Assembly: GCF_028368995.1 (NCBI RefSeq)
Contig: NZ_JAQNDL010000001.1
Coordinates: 2,272,001 to 2,336,000, forward strand
Source: Nannocystis bainbridge
GTDB taxonomy: Bacteria > Myxococcota_A > Polyangia > Nannocystales > Nannocystaceae
DNA: 64,000 nt
Direction of reading: 5' to 3'
The notes under the pieces were generated by a model. That model ran no database searches. It was not told where the DNA came from and saw only the letters and a list, made by a program, of their open reading frames with translations. The position numbers were made by a program, and so were the translations under genes. How positions within the stretch are numbered: the first letter of the stretch is position 1; each line of letters starts with the position of its first letter. This document shows positions 1-9,154 of this stretch, piece by piece.

Positions 1-220
1 ACAGCGTGGTCGCGCGGTACAGCAGCGCCTCGAGCGCGCCCAGCGGCAGGTCGCGCAGCGCCGTCACCTCGCCCTCGGGGAACTTCTCCCGCGACAGCCG
101 CTCGACCGCGAACACGCGCACCGCGTAGCGCCGCAGCGACCGCATCGACGTGTAGATGAACGTCTCCGACGGCGGCAGAAATTCGTGGCGCACAAAGCCG
201 ACAATCGGCGAGTTCGACAT
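1..220 (-). CDS. Glycosyltransferase family 4 (WcaL-like), 5' part only; runs off the window edge
   Basis: Manual translation from ATG at 220 gives MSNSPIVGFVRHEFLPPSETFIYTSMRSLRRY...; the F-x-x-x-SETFI motif is typical of WcaL-like GT4 N-termini. Not in the ORF track because it is truncated. Confidence 0.65.
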   Translation of the reverse strand, partial: MSNSPIVGFVRHEFLPPSETFIYTSMRSLRRYAVRVFAVERLSREKFPEGEVTALRDLPLGALEALLYRATTL

Positions 221-507
221 GCCGAGCGAACGGCCGCGAACGTACGCTCCGGCGCGCGAGGGTGTCAACCGGCCGGTGCAGCCATGACTTGCCGCACGCC
301 CTCCCGCGAGGCTCTCGGCACGCAGCCCTCGTCCGCCTCTGGTATCGCGCCAGGACCCGCGATGCTCCTGCCCGATCGCTCCACCGAGCGCGCCTGCGGC
401 CCGCACCAGCCCCCCACGCACCGGCCCGCCCGCACGACCGGGCCCGCCTGCCACCCGCGGCCCCGCGTCACTTCTGGGCCCGCCTGCGGCCGAATCGAGG
501 ACCCGCG

Positions 508-1647
508 ATGATCCTGCCCGACCTCACCACCCGGGACGCGTGGGAGCTGCGGCGGCAGCCCGAGATCGACGAGGACGACCTGTGGCAGACGCCGGGGCCC
601 GTCGTGTGGCAGGCCGAGCGCTTCCGCGGCCCGCCGCCGATGTTCTACCCCGTCTATCGCAGCGGTGACCTCTACGCCACCTCGCCGCTGCCGCTCATCG
701 CCCGCCACGGCGCGCTCGAGCTCGACGCGGAGTTCGCTCGCCAGGTCGGCTCGTCCGTCCGCTACCTCGCCACCAACGCCACCATCGATCGCCGCGTCCG
801 TCGCGTCGGTTGCCCCGAGCTCTCGACCCTCGAGCTGGCGGACCCGCGCGAGTTCATCGCCGCCATCGCCGCCGCCCTGCGCAGCGACCTCGCCCGCATC
901 GAGGCGCGGCAGCCGGGCCTCACCAACCTCGTCCTGTGCGGCGGGCGCGACAGCCTCAACCTGCTGCTGCTGCCGTGGCAGAACCCGGTCATCGCCGTCA
1001 GCGCCCGGCCAAACTTCCCGCTCGTGCAGCAGTTCGTCAAGGACAACCGGCTGGCGATCGACGTCGTCGAGCTCGTCGATCACGACGCCTCGCTGCTGGA
1101 CAGCGAGATCGCCGTCAACGCCTGCCGGATCGGCCTCGATCACGTGCGGTGGGTCGCCGAGCTGCGCCAGCTCGCCGCTCGCTTCGAGCGGCGCGCCATC
1201 TTCTGGGTCGGCGCCCTGGGCGACACCTTCACCACCCCGAAGTGGCGCTCCTACAACCATTCGCTGGCGCTCGCGCGCCTGCGGGCCTTGCCCGGCCTGC
1301 GCGGCCTGACCGCGACCGAAGCCGGCCAGGGCCTGTTCTCGTGGACCGCCTACTACCGCGGCGGCATGTGGCAGGGCGGCAACATGTCGCTGCTCAAGGA
1401 GATCACCGACGCGCTGGTGCTCTCGGCCTACCACGGGCCTGCGATGCGCGCCGTGCTCGCGCGCGTCGACCTGCGCGGCGCGGTGCCCCGCGACATCCGC
1501 CCCGAGCTCGGCGAGGCGCTGGCCGGCGCCCCGGTCGTCTACCCGACCAGCAACCCCTCGCCCGCGCCCTCGTCCTTCCGCAAGCGCCGCTCGCACGTGG
1601 CCGCCTTCGTCGAGGTCCTGGCCCGCCACGGCATCCGCACCGCCTGA
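508..1647 (+). CDS. Adenine nucleotide alpha-hydrolase / asparagine-synthase-like protein
   Basis: Start taken at ATG 508 (MILPDLTT) within ORF 262..1647. PP-loop-like VLCGGRDSLNLLL; divergent from a glycosyltransferase. Confidence 0.55.
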   Translation: MILPDLTTRDAWELRRQPEIDEDDLWQTPGPVVWQAERFRGPPPMFYPVYRSGDLYATSPLPLIARHGALELDAEFARQVGSSVRYLATNATIDRRVRRVGCPELSTLELADPREFIAAIAAALRSDLARIEARQPGLTNLVLCGGRDSLNLLLLPWQNPVIAVSARPNFPLVQQFVKDNRLAIDVVELVDHDASLLDSEIAVNACRIGLDHVRWVAELRQLAARFERRAIFWVGALGDTFTTPKWRSYNHSLALARLRALPGLRGLTATEAGQGLFSWTAYYRGGMWQGGNMSLLKEITDALVLSAYHGPAMRAVLARVDLRGAVPRDIRPELGEALAGAPVVYPTSNPSPAPSSFRKRRSHVAAFVEVLARHGIRTA

Positions 1648-1671
1648 GCCTCGTCCCGCGGTGATTCGGCG

Positions 1672-1717
1672 CATGTCCCTGAGGGCATGTCTCTCCAGAC
1701 ATATCCTCGAGGACATT
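1672..1717. repeat. 14-bp-phased CATG motif array
   Basis: CATG 1672, CATG 1686, CATA 1700, CATT 1714. Confidence 0.7.
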
Positions 1718-1758
1718 GCTGTTTGGTCATCCCACCGAACTGGCGAACGCGACGAGGC

Positions 1759-2098
1759 CGGCCTCCTACCCACCGCCCCATCGACGCTGCGGCCGGCACC
1801 GCACGAACGAGCCGGCCTCCTACCTACCGCCTTGCCCGATCGACGCTGCGGCCGGCACCGCCCGAACGAGAGGCGGCCTCCGGTCTACCGCCTGGCCACA
1901 CTGCGGCCGGCACCGCGCGAACGAAGCGGCCTCCTACCCACCGCCCCATCGACGCTGCGGCCGGCGCCGCACGAACGAGTCGGCCTCCTACCTACCGCCT
2001 TGCCCCATCGGCGCTGTGGCCAGCACCGCACGAACGAGAGCCGGCCTCCGACCTACCGCCTGGCCACACTGCGGCCGGCACCGCGCGAACGAAGCGGC
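1759..2098. repeat. Intergenic tandem repeat: 2 x 168 bp, each made of three related 53-61 bp subunits
   Basis: CGGCCTCC-initiated subunits at 1759, 1813, 1874, then the unit restarts at 1927 and 2095. Shared core CTGCGGCCGGCACCGC(A/G)CGAACGA. Confidence 0.9.
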
Positions 2099-2127
2099 GC
2101 CGCCCGAGACCTGCCCTTTCGGCCAGC

Positions 2128-3456
2128 TCAGCTCAGCGCCTGCATCGCGCGGGCGAGGCGGGGCAGCGCCGCCTTGATCTCGTCCTCCGAGACCGCGCCG
2201 ACGCTGAGGCGGAACCAGCCCTCGTCACCCGGCACGCCGAACGCCTGGAACGGGACGATGCCGATGCCGGCGTCGGTCAGCAGGTACTTGCGGACATCCT
2301 CGTTCGTCTGCAGCACCTGGCCGGCGGGCGTGCGGCGGCCGAACGGGTTGATGCGCACCGTCAGATAGATCGCGCCCATCGGCGGGATGCTGTCGACCTG
2401 CAGGCCGTCCTTCTTGAGGCCCTGGAAGCCGGTGTGGAGCAGCTCGAGCCGGCGGTCGAGGCCGTGCAGGAAATGGTCCGCGTAGGTGTGGATCGCCGCG
2501 GTGTCGTTGAGCAGGTCGACGGTCGCCATCTGCTCGGGCCGCGGCGCCCAGGCGCCGACGTGGCCGAGCACGGCCGACATCTGCTTGATGATGTCGACCG
2601 GGCCGACCGCCCAGCCGACGCGCAGGCCGGTGGCCGCGAACGCCTTGCTGATGCCGTCGACGAACACGGTGTAGCGGGCCATCTCCGGCCGCAGCCCTGG
2701 CGGCGTCACGTGCTTGGTGTCGCCGAAGCGCAGCATCCAGTAGATGTGGTCGTACATCAGGTAGACCGGCCGCTCGCCGCGTTGCTCGCGCTTGCGGTTC
2801 TCCTCGAGGATCGCGTCGCAGATGCCGCGCAGCGCGTCAGGGGTGATCGCCGTGCCGGTCGGGTTGAGCGGCGAGTTGAGGCACACCAGGCGCGCCGACG
2901 GCAGCTCGGACAGCAGCGCCTCGCCGGTCGGCAGGAATCGGGTCTCGGGCCCGCACACCACCGGCACCCCACGGGCGCCGCACATGTGCACGTAGTGGTT
3001 GTTGTTCCAGCTCGGCACCGGATAGATCACGGTGTCGCCGGCGTCGACCACCGTGCGGTAGAGGCCGTAGATCACCGGGCGCGCGCCGCCGGCGACCAGG
3101 AAGCTGTCGAGCGGGTAGCGCAGCCCCAGCTCGCGCTCGTAGAACCGCTGGATCGCCTCGCGCAGCTCGACCTGGCCGTTGGCCGCCGGGTAGTTGGTCT
3201 CGCTGCGCTCGAGCGCCCGGAGGATCGCCTTTTGCAGCACCTCGGGGATCGGGAACTGCTTGGGGCTGAAGTCGCCGACCGTGAGGTTGCAGACCGGCAC
3301 GCCCTGACCCATCAGCGCCCGGATCTCGGCCGCGATCTTGAGGATCTCCGAGCCGACCAGCGCCCCGGCCATCGTCGACAGCCGGGCGGCCGGGTCGGGG
3401 CCCGCGGCGTTGGCGTGGGCGGTGAGGTCGGTCTGCGCGCTCTGGACGTCCTGCAT
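2128..3456 (-). CDS. PLP-dependent aminotransferase class I/II (aspartate aminotransferase-like)
   Basis: C-terminal part of ORF 2128..6024 from MQDVQSAQ. Motifs NSPLNPTG, YDHIY, DGISKAFAATGLRVGW, WFRLS. Confidence 0.9.
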   Translation of the reverse strand: MQDVQSAQTDLTAHANAAGPDPAARLSTMAGALVGSEILKIAAEIRALMGQGVPVCNLTVGDFSPKQFPIPEVLQKAILRALERSETNYPAANGQVELREAIQRFYERELGLRYPLDSFLVAGGARPVIYGLYRTVVDAGDTVIYPVPSWNNNHYVHMCGARGVPVVCGPETRFLPTGEALLSELPSARLVCLNSPLNPTGTAITPDALRGICDAILEENRKREQRGERPVYLMYDHIYWMLRFGDTKHVTPPGLRPEMARYTVFVDGISKAFAATGLRVGWAVGPVDIIKQMSAVLGHVGAWAPRPEQMATVDLLNDTAAIHTYADHFLHGLDRRLELLHTGFQGLKKDGLQVDSIPPMGAIYLTVRINPFGRRTPAGQVLQTNEDVRKYLLTDAGIGIVPFQAFGVPGDEGWFRLSVGAVSEDEIKAALPRLARAMQALS

Positions 3457-3486
3457 CGCCACAACTATGCCACACTCCTGCGCCCC

Positions 3487-4683
3487 ATGAGCAGCGCTCG
3501 CCAGCCGCACCTCACAGCTCGCCTCCAAGGATTCGGCACCACGATCTTCACCGAGATGACGCGCCTTGCGATTCAATTCGGCGCAGTCAACCTCGGCCAG
3601 GGCTTCCCCAACTTTGATGGGCCCGACTTCATCAAAGAGGCCGCGATCGCTGCGATCCGCGCCGGCGCCAACCAGTACTGCCGCATGAGCGGGCTGCCCG
3701 AGCTGAATCGCGCGATCGCGGCGCATCAGCAGCGCTTCTACGACCTCTCTTACGATCCCGACAGCGAGGTCACCGTGTACTCGGGCGCGACCGAGGCCAT
3801 CTGCGCGACGCTGCAAGCGCTGTGCGACACCGGCGACGAGGTCGTGTTGTTCGAGCCCTTCTACGACTCCTATCGCGCCAGCGTCACCATGGCCGGCGCG
3901 GTCCCGAAGGTCGTCACGCTGCACGCGCCCGACTTCGCGTACCGCCCCGAAGAGCTCGAAGCCGCCATTACCCCCAAGACCCGGGCAATTCTCCTGAATA
4001 CCCCGCACAACCCCACGGGGAAGGTTTTCACGCGCGGCGAGCTCGAGCATGTCGCGAGCCTCTGCAAGCGCTTCGACCTCATCGCCATCACCGACGAAGT
4101 CTACGAGCACCTCGTGTATGAGGGCTCGCACGTGCCGCTGGCGACGCTGCCGGGGATGCGAGAGCGCACCGTGCTGATCTCCTCGTCGGGCAAGACCTTC
4201 AGCTTCACCGGCTGGAAGGTCGGGCATACCTGCGCGCCCCCGGCGCTCAGCGCTGCGATTCGCTGTGCGCACCAATTCGTGACCTTCTGCACGGCCACGC
4301 CGTTTCAGCACGCGCTCGCCAAGGCCTTCGTCGCCGATGACGCCTTCTTCACCGGCCTCGTCGCCGAGTACCGCGCGCGCCGCGATCGCCTGTGCCAGGG
4401 CCTGCGCGAGCTCGGCTTCGGCGTGCTCGCGCCGGCCGGCGCCTACTTCGTCATGACCGACATCCGCCCGCTCGGTTACGCCGACGACGTCGAGTTCTGC
4501 CGCATGTTGCCGGAGCAGGTCGGCGTCGCCGCCATCCCGCCGTCGTCGTTCTACGAGCACCCGGCCGCCGGCCGTCACCTGGTGCGCTGGGCCTTCTGCA
4601 AGACCGACGACGTGCTCGACGAGGGCCTGCGCCGGCTGCAGAAGCTGCCGCGTCGCCCGCCGCTGGTCGGCGCCGCCGGATGA
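3487..4683 (+). CDS. PLP-dependent aminotransferase class I/II, YbdL / glutamine transaminase-like
   Basis: Start MSSARQPH at 3487. Motifs AVNLGQGFP, NTPHNPTG, TDEVYE, SSGKTFSFTGWKVG; followed by an omega-amidase gene. Confidence 0.9.
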   Translation: MSSARQPHLTARLQGFGTTIFTEMTRLAIQFGAVNLGQGFPNFDGPDFIKEAAIAAIRAGANQYCRMSGLPELNRAIAAHQQRFYDLSYDPDSEVTVYSGATEAICATLQALCDTGDEVVLFEPFYDSYRASVTMAGAVPKVVTLHAPDFAYRPEELEAAITPKTRAILLNTPHNPTGKVFTRGELEHVASLCKRFDLIAITDEVYEHLVYEGSHVPLATLPGMRERTVLISSSGKTFSFTGWKVGHTCAPPALSAAIRCAHQFVTFCTATPFQHALAKAFVADDAFFTGLVAEYRARRDRLCQGLRELGFGVLAPAGAYFVMTDIRPLGYADDVEFCRMLPEQVGVAAIPPSSFYEHPAAGRHLVRWAFCKTDDVLDEGLRRLQKLPRRPPLVGAAG

Positions 4684-4728
4684 CCTATCAGACATGACCC
4701 GAAGGACAGCACGCAGGGAGACCGGAGC

Positions 4729-5493
4729 ATGAAGATCGCGGCGATCCAGAGCGACATCGCGTGGGAGGACCCGGAGGCCAACTTCACCCGCTTGCGCCCG
4801 TGGGTGGCCGCGGCGGCCGCCGCCGGCGCCGGGCTGGTAGTGCTGCCGGAGATGTTCGCCTGCGGCTTCTCGATGACCACCGCCAAGATCGCCGAGCCGC
4901 CGGGCGGGCCCTCGACCCGCTTCCTCGAGCACCAGGCGCGCCAGCACGGCCTGTGGATCTGCGGCAGCGTGCCCGAGGTCCCGCACGACGAGGCCAAGCC
5001 CTACAACACCCTGGTGCTCGCCAGCCCGCACGGCCAGGTCGTCCGCTACCGCAAGATCCACCCGTTCTCGTTCGCCAGGGAGGACGAGCACTACGGCGCC
5101 GGCAGCGACCACGTCACCGTCGACGTCGACGGCCTGCGCTGCACCCTGTTCGTCTGCTACGACCTCCGCTTCGCGGACGAGTTCTGGGGCCGCGCCGAGC
5201 AGACCGACGCGTACATCGTGGTCGCCAACTGGCCCGAGCGCCGGCGCCACCACTGGACCACCCTGCTGCAGGCCCGCGCGATCGAGAACCAGGCCTACGT
5301 CGTCGGCGTCAACCGCGTCGGTCAGGGCAACGGCCTCGACTACAGCGGCGACAGCCGGATCGTCGACCCCTGGGGCGAGGTGCTCGCATCCGCCGCCGGC
5401 GGCGAGACCATGGTGCTCGCCGACGTCCGCCCCGAGGTGGTCCGCGACGCGCGCGAGCGCTTCCCTGTCCTCAAGGACAGGCGCAAGCCGTAG
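4729..5493 (+). CDS. Carbon-nitrogen hydrolase (omega-amidase, YafV/Nit2-like)
   Basis: Nitrilase triad LPE, YRKIH, VCYDLRF; also ANWP and ARAIENQAYVVGVNR. Confidence 0.9.
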   Translation: MKIAAIQSDIAWEDPEANFTRLRPWVAAAAAAGAGLVVLPEMFACGFSMTTAKIAEPPGGPSTRFLEHQARQHGLWICGSVPEVPHDEAKPYNTLVLASPHGQVVRYRKIHPFSFAREDEHYGAGSDHVTVDVDGLRCTLFVCYDLRFADEFWGRAEQTDAYIVVANWPERRRHHWTTLLQARAIENQAYVVGVNRVGQGNGLDYSGDSRIVDPWGEVLASAAGGETMVLADVRPEVVRDARERFPVLKDRRKP

Positions 5494-5510
5494 CCCCGCG
5501 GCCGCGCGCC

Positions 5511-5996
5511 TCATGTCCGAACGGACATGTCCCATCCGCCATCCTCCGCCAGCGCCAGCAACGCGGCGCGGGTGACCACCAGCGGCGTGAACGTCAGCGC
5601 CCCGAAGCCGCACGCGATCGTCTGCCGGGCCCAGCCCACGTCCTCGTCGCCGACGATCGCCAGCAGCCCCGCCGGCCCGCCGCGGCGCAGCCCCAGCAGG
5701 GCGGCGTAGCACGGCCACAGGTACGCCCGCGCCTGCTCCTCGCGCGCCTGCGGGGCCACGATCGCCAGCCACGTCGAGGGCCCGCCGACCCGGCGCAGCG
5801 CGAACGCCAGGTCGGCCGCCCACTCGTGGCCGTACGCGTAGAGCTGGGTGTCGCCGACGTCGACCGCCTCGGCGCGGGCCGGCTGCTCGAGCTCCCAGCC
5901 GAGCAGCCGGTGCAGGGCGACGATCAGCAGCTCGGGCCGGCGTTGCAGGAGGTCGAGGACGGGGTCGACGGGCGAGGCGCACACCGGCCTCGCCAT
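5511..5996 (-). CDS. Hypothetical protein, degenerate Rpn-like PD-(D/E)xK domain
   Basis: Segments LLQRRPEL, ADLAF, YLWPCYAALL, WARQTI and TPLVV recall the N-terminal domain of myxobacterial Rpn-like proteins; the usual EVQ motif reads APQ. Confidence 0.5.
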   Translation of the reverse strand: MARPVCASPVDPVLDLLQRRPELLIVALHRLLGWELEQPARAEAVDVGDTQLYAYGHEWAADLAFALRRVGGPSTWLAIVAPQAREEQARAYLWPCYAALLGLRRGGPAGLLAIVGDEDVGWARQTIACGFGALTFTPLVVTRAALLALAEDGGWDMSVRT

Positions 5997-6090
5997 GCAC
6001 GCCGCGCCGCCGCGAATTCCTCAACGCTCTCGCGCCGCCTCCCTGCGGGCCCGGCCAGCCCGCGGGACGCCCGGCCCGCCCGCGGGCCGC

Positions 6091-6600
6091 TCACTCGGCC
6101 GGCACGTGGACCACCAGGTCGGCGCCCTTGCGCTTCAGGCACACGGCGCACGCGTCGGGCACCAGCGGCTCCTCGTAGCGCGGCTCGAAGGTCTCCTCGA
6201 CCACCGTCACGCCGTCGCGCTCGACCGCGACCACGAACTTCGCCGGGCCGCTCCAGATGTTGCCGCGCGTCTCCAGCACCTCGAGCTCGAGCCCGGTCTC
6301 GCCGGCCCGGGCCAGCACCGACAGCGTGCCGTCGTCCTCGCCGTCAGCGAAGTCAGTGAAGAAATCGAGCGCGCAGTCATCCGCCGGCAGCGCGCAGCTC
6401 CACGACTTCTCGGCGTAGTCGGTGACGACGCGGAACGTGTACGCCCCGGGCCGCAGGCGCCCGCCGGGCCCGCCGTCGTCGACCACCGCCACCGGCACCG
6501 AGGCCTCGCAGCCCGGGGTCATGCAGATGCCCGACGACTTGTTGCAGCCGAGCGGCGCCGCCGCGATGACCAGTCCCAAGAGCCATGTCCGTTGCAGCAT
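6091..6600 (-). CDS. Hypothetical lipoprotein
   Basis: Signal peptide with lipobox PLGC; several Cys pairs. Confidence 0.7.
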   Translation of the reverse strand: MLQRTWLLGLVIAAAPLGCNKSSGICMTPGCEASVPVAVVDDGGPGGRLRPGAYTFRVVTDYAEKSWSCALPADDCALDFFTDFADGEDDGTLSVLARAGETGLELEVLETRGNIWSGPAKFVVAVERDGVTVVEETFEPRYEEPLVPDACAVCLKRKGADLVVHVPAE

Positions 6601-6777
6601 GTCCTCTCCTTCATGACCTTACGAGCAGGTCCCAGCGCCGGCCCTCGGCCCGCTCGCCGGCGTTCGACGCCGTGCGGGGCGCCGATTCGCGCCGCGGAGC
6701 GGCCGCAGGAGCGTCTGCTGGGGGCTCGCCAGGCCCGGCCGGCATACCAGGGCGGGCGCGGCGCAGCAACCGCCGGT

Positions 6778-7398
6778 TCACAGGACCGAGCGCACGAGCG
6801 CGACCAGCCGCGGCGCCTCGCGCACGAGCTCGGTCAGCGCGACGTCGCGGCGCGAGCGGAACACGAAGCCGATCAGCCGGTCATGCTGGCGCCACATCAC
6901 CAGGTACGCCGACTCGGAGGTCGAGCGGCCGGCGTCGAGGCTCGACAGCTGCTTGAAGCCGACCGACAGGCCGTCGATGAGCTCGACGCGCGGCATGTCC
7001 TGGATCGCCGCGTCGGCCTCGGCTCGCCGCACCGCCAGCTCCGTCGAGCCGCCCGGGACCTCCTGGTAGATCGGCTCGAATTGCGTGCTGGTGTCGACCG
7101 CGCCGCCGAGCGCTCGCCCGATCTCCACCGCCACCGGCACCACCTGCTCGCCCTTCGCCAGCACCGCCTCGATGCCCGACGACGACGCGCTGGCGCCCTG
7201 CCGCAGCCAGCCCCTGGCCGCCTCCGACAGCTCGCCGAGGTTCAGCTGCCCCGCCCACGCGCGGGCCGCCCGCGCCGCCTCCGCGGTCCGCGAGCCGGCC
7301 ATCTCGGCCATCTCCGCGGCCCGCGTGCGGCTCTCGGACCCGTCGCAGCCGCACAGGCCCGCTCCGACCAGGAGCCATGTCCACAGCCGACTTCGCAC
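6778..7398 (-). CDS. Hypothetical lipoprotein
   Basis: Hydrophobic N-terminus with LCGC lipobox; normal amino-acid composition. Confidence 0.65.
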   Translation of the reverse strand: MRSRLWTWLLVGAGLCGCDGSESRTRAAEMAEMAGSRTAEAARAARAWAGQLNLGELSEAARGWLRQGASASSSGIEAVLAKGEQVVPVAVEIGRALGGAVDTSTQFEPIYQEVPGGSTELAVRRAEADAAIQDMPRVELIDGLSVGFKQLSSLDAGRSTSESAYLVMWRQHDRLIGFVFRSRRDVALTELVREAPRLVALVRSVL

Positions 7399-7458
7399 GC
7401 CTCCAGTCTAGCAGATCCGTCGCCGCTGCCTGACGCCGGTCTCGTATACTGCGCGCGC

Positions 7459-9147
7459 GTGTCCGTCCTGCGCACGATCGTCAGCTCCTCGCGCGCCCTC
7501 GTCACGGGCGCCAAGGACGTCGCCCGCTTCCGCGAGATCGCCACCGTCTTCGTCCGTCACGGCTTCGGCTGGTGGGTCGCCCAGCTCAAGCTGCGCCGCG
7601 AGCTGCAGATCGAGCTCTCGGGCGGCGAGCTGACCCGCGCCGCCGTCGGCAACGCCGACTCCGGCAAGCGCCTCGTGGCCGCGTTTACGCAGCTCGGCCC
7701 GACCTTCGTCAAGCTCGGCCAGATCCTCTCGACCCGCCCCGACCTGCTGTCCGACGCCGTCATCGCCGAGCTGACCTGTCTGCAAGACCAGGTGTCGCCG
7801 CTGCCCTTCGAGCAGATCGAGGGCCAGCTGCGCAGCAACCTCGGGCCCAAGTGGCGCGAGCAGTTCAGCGAGATCGACGAGGCCCCGCTGGCCTCGGCCA
7901 GCATCGCCCAGGTCCACCGCGCCACCCTCACGACCGGCGAGCGCGTGGCCCTCAAGGTCCAGCGGCCCGGGCTGCGGCCGAAGATCGTCAGCGACCTCAA
8001 CATCTTGCTGGCGACCGCCGGCTACGTCGAGGAGGCCTTCCCCGAGGCCGCGGCGATGGACCTCGTCGGCGTCATCCGCGGGTTCGCCAAGTCGCTGGCG
8101 CAGGAGCTCGACTTCTGCGTCGAGGCGCGCAACATCGCCCGCTTCCACCGCAACTTCGCCAGCGACGACAACGTCCGCGTGCCCGCGGTCTACGACGCCC
8201 TCAGCACCGAGGAGGTGCTGTGCATGGAGTTCATCGAGGGCCGCAAGTTCAGCGAGGTGCTGCAGTCGGGCGAGGACACCCGGCCGCTGGTCGAGGTCTA
8301 CTTCAAGACCGCCTACAAGATGCTGTTCATCGACGGCTTCTTCCACGGCGACCTGCACCCCGGCAACGTGCTCGTGCAGGAGGGCGGGCGCCTGGCGATC
8401 ATCGACTGCGGCATGGTCGGCCGGCTGTCGCCGTCGATGAAGGACAAGCTGATCGACATCCTGTGGGCGGTGATGTCAGAGGACATGGAGGCGCTGGCGC
8501 GCTCGTTCTACGCCCTGGCGATCCCGACCGCCGGCAAGGTCGACTACGCCGCGTTCGAGGCCGACGTGGTCGAGATCGCCGAGCGCTACCTCGGCGGCAT
8601 GCCGCTGTCCGAGCTGCAGATCGGCGAGCTGTTCGGCGAGCTGGTGGCCGGCGCCACGCGCCACCGCGTGCGCATGCCGACCGACTTCACGATGATGTTC
8701 AAGGCGATCCTCACCACCGAGGGCCTGGCCCGCTCGATCGCCCCCGACGTCGACCCGCTCGAGCAGGCGCGCCCGTTCATCTCGCAGATGATCCAGGACC
8801 GCTACAGCAGCGAACGGATCAAGCAGACCCTGCTCTCCGACTTTCACCTGCTGTCACGCGCGGCCCACAGCCTGCCGCAGCGGCTGCCGGCGCTGCTCGA
8901 GGACATCCACGAGGGCCGGCTCGCCGTCGGCCTCGCGCCGGCGTCGTTGGCGGCGCTCGACAAGGCCTCCGAGCGCCGCATGAACCAGGGCGTACGCGCC
9001 GCGCTGACGATCACTTGCATCGCCTGCGGCACGTACGCCCTCGGCCTCGGACTGCCGGCCACGTCGCCGATCGGGATCCCGTGGATCTCGACCCTGTTCT
9101 TCGCGGCCGCCGCCTACGGCGTGATCGGCCTGCGCTGGCGCTCGTGA
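7459..9147 (+). CDS. ABC1/UbiB/AarF family protein kinase-like
   Basis: GTG start at 7459. Motifs LGPTFVKLGQILSTRPDL, ASASIAQVH, KVQRP, FFHGDLHPGN, IDCGMVG; two C-terminal TM helices. Confidence 0.9.
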   Translation: MSVLRTIVSSSRALVTGAKDVARFREIATVFVRHGFGWWVAQLKLRRELQIELSGGELTRAAVGNADSGKRLVAAFTQLGPTFVKLGQILSTRPDLLSDAVIAELTCLQDQVSPLPFEQIEGQLRSNLGPKWREQFSEIDEAPLASASIAQVHRATLTTGERVALKVQRPGLRPKIVSDLNILLATAGYVEEAFPEAAAMDLVGVIRGFAKSLAQELDFCVEARNIARFHRNFASDDNVRVPAVYDALSTEEVLCMEFIEGRKFSEVLQSGEDTRPLVEVYFKTAYKMLFIDGFFHGDLHPGNVLVQEGGRLAIIDCGMVGRLSPSMKDKLIDILWAVMSEDMEALARSFYALAIPTAGKVDYAAFEADVVEIAERYLGGMPLSELQIGELFGELVAGATRHRVRMPTDFTMMFKAILTTEGLARSIAPDVDPLEQARPFISQMIQDRYSSERIKQTLLSDFHLLSRAAHSLPQRLPALLEDIHEGRLAVGLAPASLAALDKASERRMNQGVRAALTITCIACGTYALGLGLPATSPIGIPWISTLFFAAAAYGVIGLRWRS

Positions 9148-9154
9148 GCGCGGC

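Noticed and set aside
1759-2098. CRISPR array
   Set aside because: No unique spacers, repeats are degenerate with a higher-order 168-bp period, and there are no cas genes.
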